55,446 bases of DNA from an uncultured Candidatus Saccharibacteria bacterium (GCA_964546555.1 CAZJJX010000001.1:1-55446), one strand, 5' to 3'; shown: positions 41,964 through 52,160, counted from the first letter of the stretch. The notes: generated by a model from the sequence alone, not told the origin. Translations and numbers: made by a program.

Positions 41964-42824
41964 ATGATACCTAAAGTTGATACGTTTGAGCACGATATCG
42001 CAGATGAAATAAGACGCAAGGAGGCAAACCTTGCGGAGATTCAAGCTGTTACGAAATCACAACAAGCACAACCTTCTATAGAAACCCCTCCAAAGAAACT
42101 CCCATGGACTACTATTGCCCTTGGCATAACACTTGTTCTTTCCCTGCTTGGAATTGGTGGCTTTACCTACTACTATTTCAATGACACACTACTTCCTAAT
42201 AACGCAAAAGAAGAAGTTGTTAACAAGGACGATATTCCAAAAACCTTTGCAGAACTGAAGAGCCTTTCACCGCTTCTTGAAGGCGGCATTGGTAGGTTTG
42301 TGACAAAAGTAGAAAAGCAGGAGCATGGTTATGTTATAAAGTTCAACAATTATCCTGCAGTGTTTGCTTATGTTACAAAAAACGAATCAACATTTATTGA
42401 TGAGATAGCAAAAGTTTTACCACAAACAACAGGTACTGTAAGCACGACAACACCAGTACAGGAAAAGCCGGTTGAAGCACCTGCCACCACGACCCCACAA
42501 GAAGCCTCATCAACAACAGCTATAGCAACAACCACAAAGAAACAACCGACAAAGACCACTAAGGCAACAACCACAAAACAACTCTTACCAAAAGCAACAA
42601 CAACTGCAACCATCACCTCAACAACCACAGAAGAAAAAGTTGTTGCACTGACACAAGCAGCACCTATTTCGTATTTTTCTGATAAAACTGTTTCTAATCA
42701 AAATATGAGAATCTATACAAAAGATGGAGTTACTGTAGTCTATGCTTTTGTAAATAACACAGACCTTTTGATTGCTAACTCCGTAGAAAACATTCTCACA
42801 CTAAGGAGTGCTATACTTCGCTAA
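41964..42824 (+). CDS. Membrane-anchored Thr-rich hypothetical protein
   Basis: One TM helix (TIALGITLVLSLLGIGGFTYYYF) and a Thr/Ala/Lys-rich low-complexity segment. Confidence 0.5.
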   Translation: MIPKVDTFEHDIADEIRRKEANLAEIQAVTKSQQAQPSIETPPKKLPWTTIALGITLVLSLLGIGGFTYYYFNDTLLPNNAKEEVVNKDDIPKTFAELKSLSPLLEGGIGRFVTKVEKQEHGYVIKFNNYPAVFAYVTKNESTFIDEIAKVLPQTTGTVSTTTPVQEKPVEAPATTTPQEASSTTAIATTTKKQPTKTTKATTTKQLLPKATTTATITSTTTEEKVVALTQAAPISYFSDKTVSNQNMRIYTKDGVTVVYAFVNNTDLLIANSVENILTLRSAILR

Positions 42825-44377
42825 TGAGTGTTGCAACAACATACTCGGCACATATTGTAGGATTAGATGCACAAGAAGTTACTGTTGAAGTTGATGTCTC
42901 AAGAGGACTGTATTCTTTTTCTATCGTCGGATTACCAGACAAAGCAATCGATGAGAGTAAAGACCGAATCCTTGCTGCCCTTAAAAATATCGGCGCAAAT
43001 AATCCAAAGACCGAAAATCAAAAAGTCATTGTTTCACTTGCTCCTGCAAATATCAAAAAAGAAGGCTCGCACTTTGATGTTCCAATCGCACTCGCCTACC
43101 TTGCAGCATCAAAGCAACTCATACTTCCAAAAGATATTGGCTGGTTTATTGGAGAACTTTCATTAACAGGGGAAATTCTTCCTATGCAAGGCGTTCTCGT
43201 AATAGCTGAGTACGCAAAATCTCATGGTGTTACATCATTGTATGTACCGCACGCAAACAAAGCGGAGGCCGCACTTGTTGAAGGAATAGCTATTTATGGG
43301 TGCAAAAACTTACGCGATATTATTCTTCATCTTGGAGGAACCGTAAGCACAACACAAGAACTCGTAACATTAGAAAAAGAACCAGTAACCGAGCTTTTCT
43401 ATGTACGACCACATGATCACCTTGATTACAAAGATATCAAAGGCCAAGCACACGCAAAAAGAGCTCTTGAGATAGCTGCCGCAGGCGGACACAATATTGC
43501 GCTCTATGGGCCACCAGGAACAGGAAAGACTATGCTTGCACGAGCATTCACCGGAATACTCCCGCCACTCACAAAACAAGAAGCGCTCACAGTAACAAGG
43601 ATTTTTTCTCTCTCAAAACACACCTCACTCATCACACACCCGCAACTACGAAGTCCGCATCATACTTCATCACATGTATCGTTAGTCGGAGGCGGAACTA
43701 ACCCGAAGCCAGGGGAGGTGACACTTGCACATCTTGGTGTACTCTTCTTAGATGAGTTTCCTGAGTTTGATAAAAAAGTTATAGAATCACTCCGAGAGCC
43801 TCTTGAGGAGGGTCTGATTACTGTCTCTCGAGCAAAGGGATCTTTTACATTCCCAGCATCATGTACACTTGTTGCTTCGATGAACCCATGTCCGTGTGGT
43901 TTCATGGGAAGTAAACAAAAGCGTTGTATATGCAAACCTTCTGACATCGACCGATACGCACGTAAACTCTCAGGACCCATTATGGATCGTATTGATATGT
44001 GGGTGCCCGTACTTCACATTGACTATGACACCCTTACAAAAGAAGAAGATAGTGAATCAAGCGAAGTAATCCAAAATCGCGTCATAAAGACAAGATTCTT
44101 TGCAAAAAGCCGCTTTGCGCAAGCAGGTAACAGCATACTCACCAAAAACAAAGATATGCGCGCAAAAGATATAGAAAAGTACGTTACACTCGATGAAGCT
44201 TGCACACTTCTTATAAAGAAACTCGCAACACATGCATCACTTTCGCCACGTGCGTATCACCGTGTACTTAGACTTGCCAGAACAATCGCAGACCACAGAG
44301 GAAGCACCCAAATAGGTGAGCAAGATATTCTTGAAGCATTTCAATATCGACCTAAGTTGTATCAGGATAGATTGTAA
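42824..44377 (+). CDS. comM: YifB/ComM-family Mg-chelatase-like AAA+ ATPase
   Basis: Lon-protease-like N-terminal domain, Walker A GPPGTGKT, Walker B VLFLDEF, and a C-terminal ChlI-like region. Confidence 0.9.
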   Translation: MSVATTYSAHIVGLDAQEVTVEVDVSRGLYSFSIVGLPDKAIDESKDRILAALKNIGANNPKTENQKVIVSLAPANIKKEGSHFDVPIALAYLAASKQLILPKDIGWFIGELSLTGEILPMQGVLVIAEYAKSHGVTSLYVPHANKAEAALVEGIAIYGCKNLRDIILHLGGTVSTTQELVTLEKEPVTELFYVRPHDHLDYKDIKGQAHAKRALEIAAAGGHNIALYGPPGTGKTMLARAFTGILPPLTKQEALTVTRIFSLSKHTSLITHPQLRSPHHTSSHVSLVGGGTNPKPGEVTLAHLGVLFLDEFPEFDKKVIESLREPLEEGLITVSRAKGSFTFPASCTLVASMNPCPCGFMGSKQKRCICKPSDIDRYARKLSGPIMDRIDMWVPVLHIDYDTLTKEEDSESSEVIQNRVIKTRFFAKSRFAQAGNSILTKNKDMRAKDIEKYVTLDEACTLLIKKLATHASLSPRAYHRVLRLARTIADHRGSTQIGEQDILEAFQYRPKLYQDRL

Positions 44378-44420
44378 GAAGTCGGACATCAAACAATCAG
44401 ACCGCTTCGCTAGCAGAAAA

Positions 44421-44463
44421 ATACAAAAGAAAAAGCACCCAAAGGGTGCTTTTTCTTTTGTAT
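44421..44463 (+). terminator. Intrinsic terminator
   Basis: Stem of about 20 bp: atacaaaagaaaaagcaccc-aaa-gggtgctttttcttttgtat. Confidence 0.85.
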
Positions 44464-44515
44464 TGTGAATAATCTGCTGTCCGTTAACGAAATGGTCAGT
44501 TGTCTGTGGTCTTAT

Positions 44516-44536
44516 TTAAAAAGGATTCCAGAATCC
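44516..44536 (-). terminator. Small intrinsic terminator for the M23 peptidase gene
   Basis: Minus strand reads ggatt-ctgg-aatcc followed by ttttt. Confidence 0.5.
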
Positions 44537-44562
44537 GTTATAAATTGGTTTAGAGACAAGGC

Positions 44563-44622
44563 GCATTAGATTTTCACGACCAAAATGTACCATAGTACAT
44601 TGCGGAAGGGAAAATCTAATGC
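44563..44622 (-). repeat. Long 3'-UTR hairpin (family member C) downstream of the M23 peptidase gene
   Basis: 12-bp stem gcattagatttt/aaaatctaatgc around an apical aatgtac-N4-gtacatt stem. Enclosed by the 10-bp inverted repeat agaatccgtt (44530-39) / aacggattct (44648-57). Confidence 0.8.
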
Positions 44623-44642
44623 AACGCAGTATATGAACTAAT

Positions 44643-45566
44643 TTAGAACGGATTCTTTGCGCCACGAACTTCGAAGTGCAAATGAGGGCCGGTTGATTTT
44701 CCTGTATTACCGAGCTCTCCGATTGTTTGACCCTGTGTTACCGTCTGGCCTTGCGTTACATAAATAGCATTTAAGTGTGCGTAGATTGTCTGGATTCCTT
44801 TTTCATGAGCGATAATAATAAGATTTCCATATCCTCCGTTATAACCACCAAGCTTTGCCGCGATTACACGACCATTTGCTGCTGCGTAGATAGGCGTTCC
44901 AATTGATGATGCAATATCAACACCGTTATGACCGTGAATACCTTGAGTTCTACGACCACCAGATAATGGACGCACAAAAAACCCGCCTGGTGCAGAGTAA
45001 GCATATGAGTTAAGAACCTTTGGTTTTTTGGATCCTTGAGCTTTTGGTTTTGTTGGTTGAGCAAAATCAATTTCACCATCTGGAACAATAACTGTATCTC
45101 CTAATGCAAGAGAAGATGATTCAGTAAGACCATTATACGTTGCGATATCATCACTATCTGCACGGTATCGCTTAGCAATAGACTGCACAGTGTCGCCTTT
45201 TTTCACAACGTGCTTGATACCGGTAATAGGAAGGATAATGAGCGTATCACCTTTTACAACAGAACGTGACTTTAGATTATTCGCCCACATAATCGTGTTA
45301 ACAGAAACATCAAAAAGCTTCGCAACATCTTCAATAGTATCTCCTTTCTTTACTTCATAGACACTAATTGCATCAGATGTTGGAAAGTCAATATCTTCTG
45401 TTGAGACGCGGAGTGACCCAGATACAGCCTGGAGCGCTTCACGTTCAGGATCTTGATCCTCAGCACCACGAGCAAGCGTATCATCGATTACAACCGGCTT
45501 AAAGAGGGGCATAGTTTGAGATGTTGCCACCGTTTCGGTAACGCCTTCTTTGTCAGAAGCAAACAT
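44643..45566 (-). CDS. LysM-domain M23-family metallopeptidase
   Basis: Three LysM-like repeats (YEVKKGDTIEDVAKLF; GDTLIILPITGIKHVVKKGDTVQSIAKRY) and M23 motifs (HNGVDI, HLHFEV). The in-frame upstream 132 nt encode a signal-anchor but contain no ATG/GTG/TTG. Confidence 0.85.
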   Translation of the reverse strand: MFASDKEGVTETVATSQTMPLFKPVVIDDTLARGAEDQDPEREALQAVSGSLRVSTEDIDFPTSDAISVYEVKKGDTIEDVAKLFDVSVNTIMWANNLKSRSVVKGDTLIILPITGIKHVVKKGDTVQSIAKRYRADSDDIATYNGLTESSSLALGDTVIVPDGEIDFAQPTKPKAQGSKKPKVLNSYAYSAPGGFFVRPLSGGRRTQGIHGHNGVDIASSIGTPIYAAANGRVIAAKLGGYNGGYGNLIIIAHEKGIQTIYAHLNAIYVTQGQTVTQGQTIGELGNTGKSTGPHLHFEVRGAKNPF

Positions 45567-45906
45567 TGCTTTTACTTTTTCAGTAAACGTAGAGAAATTC
45601 CCTGCATATACAAGGGAGGGCGAAATAGCGATAACAAGGCTAATGGCTAAGAAACTATGAATTCCCGATTTGGGATTTTTTTTGTTGGCTACTACGATAG
45701 ACGTAAGAGTTAAATGTCACGTGACTGATTTTCTGGATTTGTGACTGAAATATATTGCAATTAAAATATTTATTGTCAATATAGTTCTCTTTAAGAGTGC
45801 TCATTTATAATAGCAAACTTATACACCTATTACAAGAAAAAAGTCACAAAAAATATGTGGAGAAGTCTCCTAAAACTCTTGAAATATAAGCTATACTGAG
45901 AATAGT

Positions 45907-48783
45907 ATGCCTCGGGAAACTCATGACAGCAATCACTCTGACACAAAACGTGTAAAAACCGGTGAAATGGGTGTTTTTAGACCTGCCAAGGAACCAACGA
46001 ATAATGATGTTATGGCAAGAAAAATTGCAAGAGTCGGAGGGGAGTTAAAAGGCAAAGGTAAAAAAAACAATGGAGTGGTACATAATATTGAAACCACAAC
46101 ACCTATCGACCAAGAAAGGATAGCAAAGAGATCGTTTCTTCTGGGTCGGTCTACAGAAATGCAGAACCGTCTAAGAAAAATCAAAGATGCTATAAAGCAT
46201 AACAATGAGCTAGAAGAACTATGGAAAAGACTAACTTCGGTCGTTGAAGATCTCAACAACATTAAAGAAAAAGACTTCCGTACCATTGAGCACGAACTAT
46301 TGTTTATTGATAAAAATCTTGATGACTTTGAAAGGGCTATTGATTTGTCATTTGCAGAAGATGCTGAGACCCAATCAAAGCTAGAGCTTCTACCTGACCT
46401 TATTGCTGAACTCAAAGACTTCACCGCAACACTTGCACCGCTTAAGCAAAGACCAACAGCAAAAGAAATTAACGGACTCATCGAAGATGAGGCACTTTAT
46501 GCATGGCTCCTTAACGCAAAAGAACGAAAGATTCAGCTACAAAAAGAAACCATTTCATCTCTAGAGAGCACCCTTAAGGCAATAACAAAGAGTAGAGAAA
46601 TAGCGGAGAAACTACGTGACCGTTTAACAGAAGAACCTGTAGCAGATGTGCACAAGAACGAGCAAGATCCTATTCTTAGCAAACTTTACAGAGCAACACA
46701 AGAAGCTAAACCAGAAACGAGCCAAGCAGCAAATAATATGTCTTTTAACAATGAGTCTGAAGTGCCTGTAAAAGCAAAGGAGAAGGTGGCAGTAGCATTA
46801 CCTACATCAGAGCACCCACATTATGATGAACACTTTGATGGGCGCTTAGAAAAAAGCAGGTTGCCAGGGGAGATAGTAACTCCATATATTCGCAAGAACA
46901 GTAATTCCACAAGTGCTGAGGATTTGTTCTACATTACACATAACAAAGAGAAAGTGTACGTCCCTTCACGCTTCTGGAAAACCCTTGATCTCTATCGAAA
47001 CTATTTTGCAAACAACAAGCTTCAAGATAAAGCTATGGCAACGTCTCTCAAAAACGAGCTCCTTTCACATGTCGAACAAGCAGAGTTCGATAAAGCAGAT
47101 GAGGACTTAGAACAACTATCGAGCCTCTTTGACAGCAAACTTCCTGGTAACGAGGAGGATGTTATTGAAGACCTCTCATCACAACAAGGTGTTACGTCTC
47201 CTGATAAAAAAGCACAGGCAAATCCTGAAACACCTACCAATTATCCACTTAGGGAACTCATCAACACGCTTGATATTCGTGTACTCCAAAAACCAAAAGC
47301 ACAAGGTGAGCGAGAAAAAAGAAATATTACCGAAGATGTCCAACTTAGTGAGAAGCTTACAGCCTGGGAAAAAACTTGGCTTGTATCAGGCAAACTTGAT
47401 GTTTTCCGAAAAAAATATGGCAACATTGCTATTTCAGAAGAGCAGATCAATTCTACAAAGAGACTTCTTGCTATCTACCTTACAAAGCTTCACAACATTA
47501 CAGAAGGGAAGGTTGTTAGAGAGTCGCTTCAAAGTATCTCAACAAATAGCATCGAGCTTGTAAAAATCTTAGCCGGCATACACAACGAGCAGTTAAGCGA
47601 CATCAAATATCTTGTTGAGAACTTTTCTCTTGCGCAAGATAATGCGCTTGCGGCAAAGCTTATGGAAAAGGAAGAGGAGGGGGCAGTTGAGTTACCAGAG
47701 ACCGTATCATCGTCTTCTTCGTCAGAAAAGGCATCAACAAGAAACAATGAGGAAGCACCCTCAATAATAGATAACCTACAAGAATCAGCTGTCTCTCGAC
47801 AAGGATTTAAGGAAATGGAGGAGCAAACTTTTATAGAGCTTATTGATCTACGAAAAAAGACAGCTGATCTTATACGTCTAATTGCTCCTTACAGTAAGGA
47901 TTCTGATATGCAGGCACTGCTCGCTACCCAAAAACTTCTAAAAGAGCAAGAACTTGCCCTTAGTCGTGCAAAAACAAAAGATGGACTTGAAGAATTTGAT
48001 GCTCGTGTTCTTGCTTTTAACAAAACAGTTCGTGACCTTGCTAGAAGAATCGATCAGATTCTTGAAGAAGAAGCCTCTGCCACTACAGTAGCAGCTGAAG
48101 AACCTTCTACAGAAGATGAACCTACAGTTACAGCACCTCCAAGCAACCCGTTCTTAAGAAGACTGACTCCGACCATAGAAGAGGGGAATAAGACTGTAGT
48201 CGATGTTGATGCCAGAGACATCACTGAATACGAAACAAGAGATGAAGCCACTGAAGCTATCAAGAAATCACAAACAAGTTCTAGAAGACCATTTGACGTC
48301 TTTAAGAATTTCATGAGAACCGGTGTAAAAACCAACGAAATAAAAGATCTTGTTCAAGAAAATACCTATAACGTTGAGACGTTTGTATTTCCAGAGCAAG
48401 TCTTTACACAAAAAAATGAAACACGCACCCCTCGTGAAATCTTGAGTGCGTACACCCAAGAAAATAAAGAGCTCGACGATCTCATAAAAAAGATTCGCAG
48501 CGAACAAGCGCTAGGCACAGCAATCGGAAACCCAGAAGAAGTTCTTGCAAGAATAGAAGAACGTAAGCAAGAAATTAAACAAGCTCAAGCGTATTGGCAA
48601 GCAATTGTTCTAGGCCAAAAACCTGCGCCAATTGAAGATAAGGCACGCACAGAAACAACTCATGAAAATTCTCCAGATAATGCAAAGGAGCGAGCAACCA
48701 AAAAACTTTTTGATGCTCTTAGTAAATTTTTCATGGGCAACACCAGTGAGGGAATCTTAAAGGTCGGAGGAGTAAATAAATAA
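45907..48783 (+). CDS. Large acidic coiled-coil hypothetical protein (958 aa)
   Basis: Long uninterrupted ORF, Glu/Lys-rich and helical, with no TM helix or catalytic motif recognised. Confidence 0.6.
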   Translation: MPRETHDSNHSDTKRVKTGEMGVFRPAKEPTNNDVMARKIARVGGELKGKGKKNNGVVHNIETTTPIDQERIAKRSFLLGRSTEMQNRLRKIKDAIKHNNELEELWKRLTSVVEDLNNIKEKDFRTIEHELLFIDKNLDDFERAIDLSFAEDAETQSKLELLPDLIAELKDFTATLAPLKQRPTAKEINGLIEDEALYAWLLNAKERKIQLQKETISSLESTLKAITKSREIAEKLRDRLTEEPVADVHKNEQDPILSKLYRATQEAKPETSQAANNMSFNNESEVPVKAKEKVAVALPTSEHPHYDEHFDGRLEKSRLPGEIVTPYIRKNSNSTSAEDLFYITHNKEKVYVPSRFWKTLDLYRNYFANNKLQDKAMATSLKNELLSHVEQAEFDKADEDLEQLSSLFDSKLPGNEEDVIEDLSSQQGVTSPDKKAQANPETPTNYPLRELINTLDIRVLQKPKAQGEREKRNITEDVQLSEKLTAWEKTWLVSGKLDVFRKKYGNIAISEEQINSTKRLLAIYLTKLHNITEGKVVRESLQSISTNSIELVKILAGIHNEQLSDIKYLVENFSLAQDNALAAKLMEKEEEGAVELPETVSSSSSSEKASTRNNEEAPSIIDNLQESAVSRQGFKEMEEQTFIELIDLRKKTADLIRLIAPYSKDSDMQALLATQKLLKEQELALSRAKTKDGLEEFDARVLAFNKTVRDLARRIDQILEEEASATTVAAEEPSTEDEPTVTAPPSNPFLRRLTPTIEEGNKTVVDVDARDITEYETRDEATEAIKKSQTSSRRPFDVFKNFMRTGVKTNEIKDLVQENTYNVETFVFPEQVFTQKNETRTPREILSAYTQENKELDDLIKKIRSEQALGTAIGNPEEVLARIEERKQEIKQAQAYWQAIVLGQKPAPIEDKARTETTHENSPDNAKERATKKLFDALSKFFMGNTSEGILKVGGVNK

Positions 48784-48788
48784 CCATC

Positions 48789-49589
48789 ATGCAACAAACG
48801 ACACATATATCTTCAAACAAAACTCTTGGCGACATCATCCTTGATCAGTCAGATTGGAATATTCTCGCAGAGGAGAAGGGGGTTCCTGCATCCTTTATTG
48901 AAGGTTTTACAAATAATGGAAAGAAAAGCTTTGAGGATGTTATGAAGGAATTCGCTCCTTCGTTTAGAATCCACGAAGGCAACCCGTCTGCAATTCTTAA
49001 AATTCAAAACCTTAAATGTGAAAAAGTTTTCTTTGTTGTTGGCGCTCATGCGGGTCTTACCGAAGAACAGCAAAAAGAAATGAGTAATGTGGTTGATTAC
49101 ATAAGCACAATTATCAAGACTACACGAGAGTCCTTAGGTCAACCGTTTAACAAAGATGAGATTGTCTTTACTGACACTATGACTATACGTCATCTTTATG
49201 ATGAGGCAAAAAAAGAAATAACAGAGGCAACAACAAAACGCGAAAACTACAAAAAACAAAGAGAGACCTTAGAGAAACGTCCGACACCTACTTTATTAGA
49301 AAGAAAATCTTCCCCACTTAGAGACGAGCTCATTAGTGAGTTCAACCTTGCTGAACTTTCAGAAGAGGAACAAGAAGAGATTCTTGTAGAAGTAGCAAAG
49401 ACGATCCAAAAACAATTCATCTATGATATCTATGATGTTTTAGGTCAGAAAGATTTTGAGGCACTTCAAGCATCAGCAAACATGGGTGAAGCTTTTTATG
49501 AAACAACATTGAAACATCTTGTACCAGATGCACACGCAATGTTTATTGGAGCAAAAGCAAAAGTTGTAAAGGCTTTCCATAATGGATAA
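48789..49589 (+). CDS. Hypothetical protein whose C-terminal domain resembles ORF 9271-9576
   Basis: Starts 6 nt after the 958-aa gene. The C-terminal NLAELSEEEQEEILVEVAKTIQ... parallels LELENLPKEIQEEVITHIGDTIL. Confidence 0.55.
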   Translation: MQQTTHISSNKTLGDIILDQSDWNILAEEKGVPASFIEGFTNNGKKSFEDVMKEFAPSFRIHEGNPSAILKIQNLKCEKVFFVVGAHAGLTEEQQKEMSNVVDYISTIIKTTRESLGQPFNKDEIVFTDTMTIRHLYDEAKKEITEATTKRENYKKQRETLEKRPTPTLLERKSSPLRDELISEFNLAELSEEEQEEILVEVAKTIQKQFIYDIYDVLGQKDFEALQASANMGEAFYETTLKHLVPDAHAMFIGAKAKVVKAFHNG

Positions 49590-49625
49590 CTACAAACTAC
49601 TGACATCGTAAGACTTACAAGACAC

Positions 49626-49660
49626 AAGAAGCGCTGAGGCTTTGCCTCCGCGCTTCTTTA
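49626..49660 (+). terminator. Intrinsic terminator
   Basis: aagaagcgc-t-gagg-ctttg-cctc-c-gcgcttctt followed by ta. Confidence 0.7.
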
Positions 49661-49717
49661 CGAAAATAGACCTTCAAGCACCTATTTCTTTACCATTATT
49701 TTCACAATTTTTACACG

Positions 49718-49726
49718 TGGTACACT
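49718..49726 (+). promoter_or_regulatory. Extended -10 element (TGgTACACT), 8 nt before the helicase ATG
   Basis: tggtacact-acaggtct-ATG(49735). Confidence 0.4.
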
Positions 49727-49734
49727 ACAGGTCT

Positions 49735-51705
49735 ATGGCCAACCAACCAGCACTCAACCAAGCACAACAAGACGCAGTCAATCATACCGAAGGCCCACTC
49801 CTTATCGTAGCTGGTGCGGGTGCAGGTAAAACAAAAACTCTTACCGAAAGAATCGTCCGCATCATAAAAAACGGCACCGATCCACGTAATATCCTTGCGG
49901 TCACCTTTACCAACAAGGCAGCAAAAGAAATGCGCGAGCGCATTATTCATCGCTTAGAGGAAGAGCATATTATTGAAGAAAGCGCGCACCGTGAAGCGCA
50001 CTCGCGTAGTGGTGGAAATCCCTACCACCCAACCCCAGTCATCAAGACCTTTCACTCTCTTGGTCTTATGATGCTAAGTGAGCAATCCTCCCACATCGGA
50101 CTCCTTAAACACCCAACCATTCTTGATTCACAAGATTCACTCAGTATCATTAAGAGCGCCCTTGAGCAACTTTCTCTTGACCCAAAGATTAACGACCCGT
50201 CAAAGATCCGCTCAATTATAAGTAGAGAAAAGGGGGACTTTGTTAGTCTCGAAGATTACCGCAAAAAAGTTGCAACCGCGCAGATGGATATTGTTGCGTC
50301 TATCTGGCGGATCTACGAAGAGGAACTTAAGCGTCAGCGCGCTGTTGATTTTGACGATCTCATTGTGCGAGCAGTGCACATGCTTGAAGACCATGCGACA
50401 CTGCGCGCATATTATCAGAATCGTTTTAAGTACATTCATATCGATGAGTATCAAGATACGAACGCCGCACAGTACGCCTTTGTAAAACTTCTCGTAAGTG
50501 AGAAAACAAAAAACATCTGCGTTGTTGGCGACACTGACCAAAACATCTATTCTTGGCGAGGGGCAAACATCCGAAACATTCTTAATTTCGAAAAAGACTT
50601 TGCACCAGCACACACCGTAATCCTAGTAGAAAATTATCGCTCGACAGGTAACATTCTTAAGCTTGCTAATAAAGCAATCAAAAAAAACACCGTCCGCACC
50701 GAAAAGAATCTTTTTACGTCACAAGGTGCAGGCGAGATGGTGGAAGTCTCACCATGTTGGGATGAAGGGTCTGAAGCAGAATATGTTGCAAAAACATGTA
50801 AAGACCTTATCGAACAAGGACAAGATCCAACATCGATTGCCGTACTATATCGTGCTAACTTCCAATCACGAGTTCTGGAAGAAGGCTTCTTGCGAGAAAA
50901 TGTTACCTATAACCTCCTTGGCACGAAGTTCTTTGAGCGCAAAGAAATAAAAGATGTCATGAGTTACTTGCGTGCCGCAGCCAATAGAGCATCCCAACCA
51001 GACTTACGTAGAGTATTTGAGACACCTAAGCGCGGCATAGGCAAAGTTACCATTGCAAAAATCTTTGCAGGTGAGGAGATATCAACTAAAGCATTACAAA
51101 AAGTAAATGAAGTGTATAGTTTCTTAGACAAAATTATCGAAACCCTAAAAACAGAACCGCTCTCTCATGTCATTCAAATGATCATCGTTGATAGTGGTAT
51201 GGAAAAAGAACTCTTGGAAGGAAGTAGTGAGGACAAGGAGCGCCTAGAGAACGCACGCGAGCTCGTGTCACTCACTGTACGTTATGATGACAAACCTGGA
51301 GAAGAAGTCCTCACTCAGTTCCTCGAGGAGACATCACTTCAGTCAGATCAGGACAACGACACAAAAGAAAAGCATGGTGTGCGCCTTATGACTATCCATG
51401 CAAGTAAGGGGCTAGAGTTTGATTATGTGTTTGTCGTAGGACTCGAGCAAGATCTCTTCCCTCACAAAAATATCGGCAACCGTAAGCGTAGCAAAGAAGA
51501 AGAGGAAGAAGAGCGAAGACTATTTTATGTTGCAGTAACAAGAGCTAGGAAGAAACTCTATCTAACCTTTGCTGAGCTTCGTACTATTTTTGGACAAAAG
51601 CAAATCAACGCCCAAAGTGAATTTCTTGAAGACTTAGATGACGACATAGCTCTTCATAACGATCTTTACTACAAACAAGGGGGAGGTGGGGTGGTGTACA
51701 TATAA
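49735..51705 (+). CDS. uvrD: UvrD/PcrA/Rep-family ATP-dependent DNA helicase
   Basis: Motifs LNQAQQDAV, AGAGAGKTKTL, TFTNKAA, IHIDEYQDTN, VGDTDQNIYSWRGA, ENYRS, HASKGLEF and YVAVTRA. Start taken at ATG 49735. Confidence 0.9.
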   Translation: MANQPALNQAQQDAVNHTEGPLLIVAGAGAGKTKTLTERIVRIIKNGTDPRNILAVTFTNKAAKEMRERIIHRLEEEHIIEESAHREAHSRSGGNPYHPTPVIKTFHSLGLMMLSEQSSHIGLLKHPTILDSQDSLSIIKSALEQLSLDPKINDPSKIRSIISREKGDFVSLEDYRKKVATAQMDIVASIWRIYEEELKRQRAVDFDDLIVRAVHMLEDHATLRAYYQNRFKYIHIDEYQDTNAAQYAFVKLLVSEKTKNICVVGDTDQNIYSWRGANIRNILNFEKDFAPAHTVILVENYRSTGNILKLANKAIKKNTVRTEKNLFTSQGAGEMVEVSPCWDEGSEAEYVAKTCKDLIEQGQDPTSIAVLYRANFQSRVLEEGFLRENVTYNLLGTKFFERKEIKDVMSYLRAAANRASQPDLRRVFETPKRGIGKVTIAKIFAGEEISTKALQKVNEVYSFLDKIIETLKTEPLSHVIQMIIVDSGMEKELLEGSSEDKERLENARELVSLTVRYDDKPGEEVLTQFLEETSLQSDQDNDTKEKHGVRLMTIHASKGLEFDYVFVVGLEQDLFPHKNIGNRKRSKEEEEEERRLFYVAVTRARKKLYLTFAELRTIFGQKQINAQSEFLEDLDDDIALHNDLYYKQGGGGVVYI

Positions 51706-51706
51706 G

Positions 51707-51734
51707 AAAAACGCAGTCATCTGACTGCGTTTTA
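51707..51734. terminator. Bidirectional intrinsic terminator
   Basis: aaaa-acgcagtc-atct-gactgcgt-ttta. Confidence 0.75.
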
Positions 51735-51746
51735 TGATGCTTGCTG

Positions 51747-52067
51747 TTATTTTGGAACAAAGACTCCACGTGCCATGTAGCGGAGTTTGCTATATTCGCG
51801 CATCAAGAACATAACACTCATATATGTAGCAACAAAAAAGACAAACCAGTAAACTGTTGTTATATCCTTAAAGGTAAGCGTTCCACCGTAAAACACGCAC
51901 GAGGGGAGCGCAAGCGTAACAAAATTAGGGAGCACACATGAGGTAGCAACAAAGGAAACCTCTTTTCCAAAGAGCAGTCGTTCAAAAGAACGTATCTTTA
52001 GAAACAAAAACCAAACGTAAGCAATAGTAACCACCGTTACCCCGTAGGTAAATAGTGTGTGCAACAT
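51747..52067 (-). CDS. Small membrane protein (106 aa)
   Basis: Three hydrophobic helices. No recognisable motif. Confidence 0.4.
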   Translation of the reverse strand: MLHTLFTYGVTVVTIAYVWFLFLKIRSFERLLFGKEVSFVATSCVLPNFVTLALPSCVFYGGTLTFKDITTVYWFVFFVATYMSVMFLMREYSKLRYMARGVFVPK

Positions 52068-52160
52068 ATCGATCTCCTTGTAAGAACTAATCTATGTAAG
52101 AGCCTATCGTGTTTGACGCACATCGTCAATGTGATGCAGATTTGTATGATGTAATATGAG

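Noticed and set aside
364-48507. The many 60-180-aa ORFs antisense to, or out of frame within, long genes: 364-723, 2595-2885, 3147-3374, 14600-15174, 16351-17367, 21722-22426, 32383-32790, 37607-38461, 45933-46481, 47022-48507
   Set aside because: They are shadow ORFs of well-supported genes. They have low-complexity or Ser/Arg/Leu-rich composition and no independent start or terminator signals.
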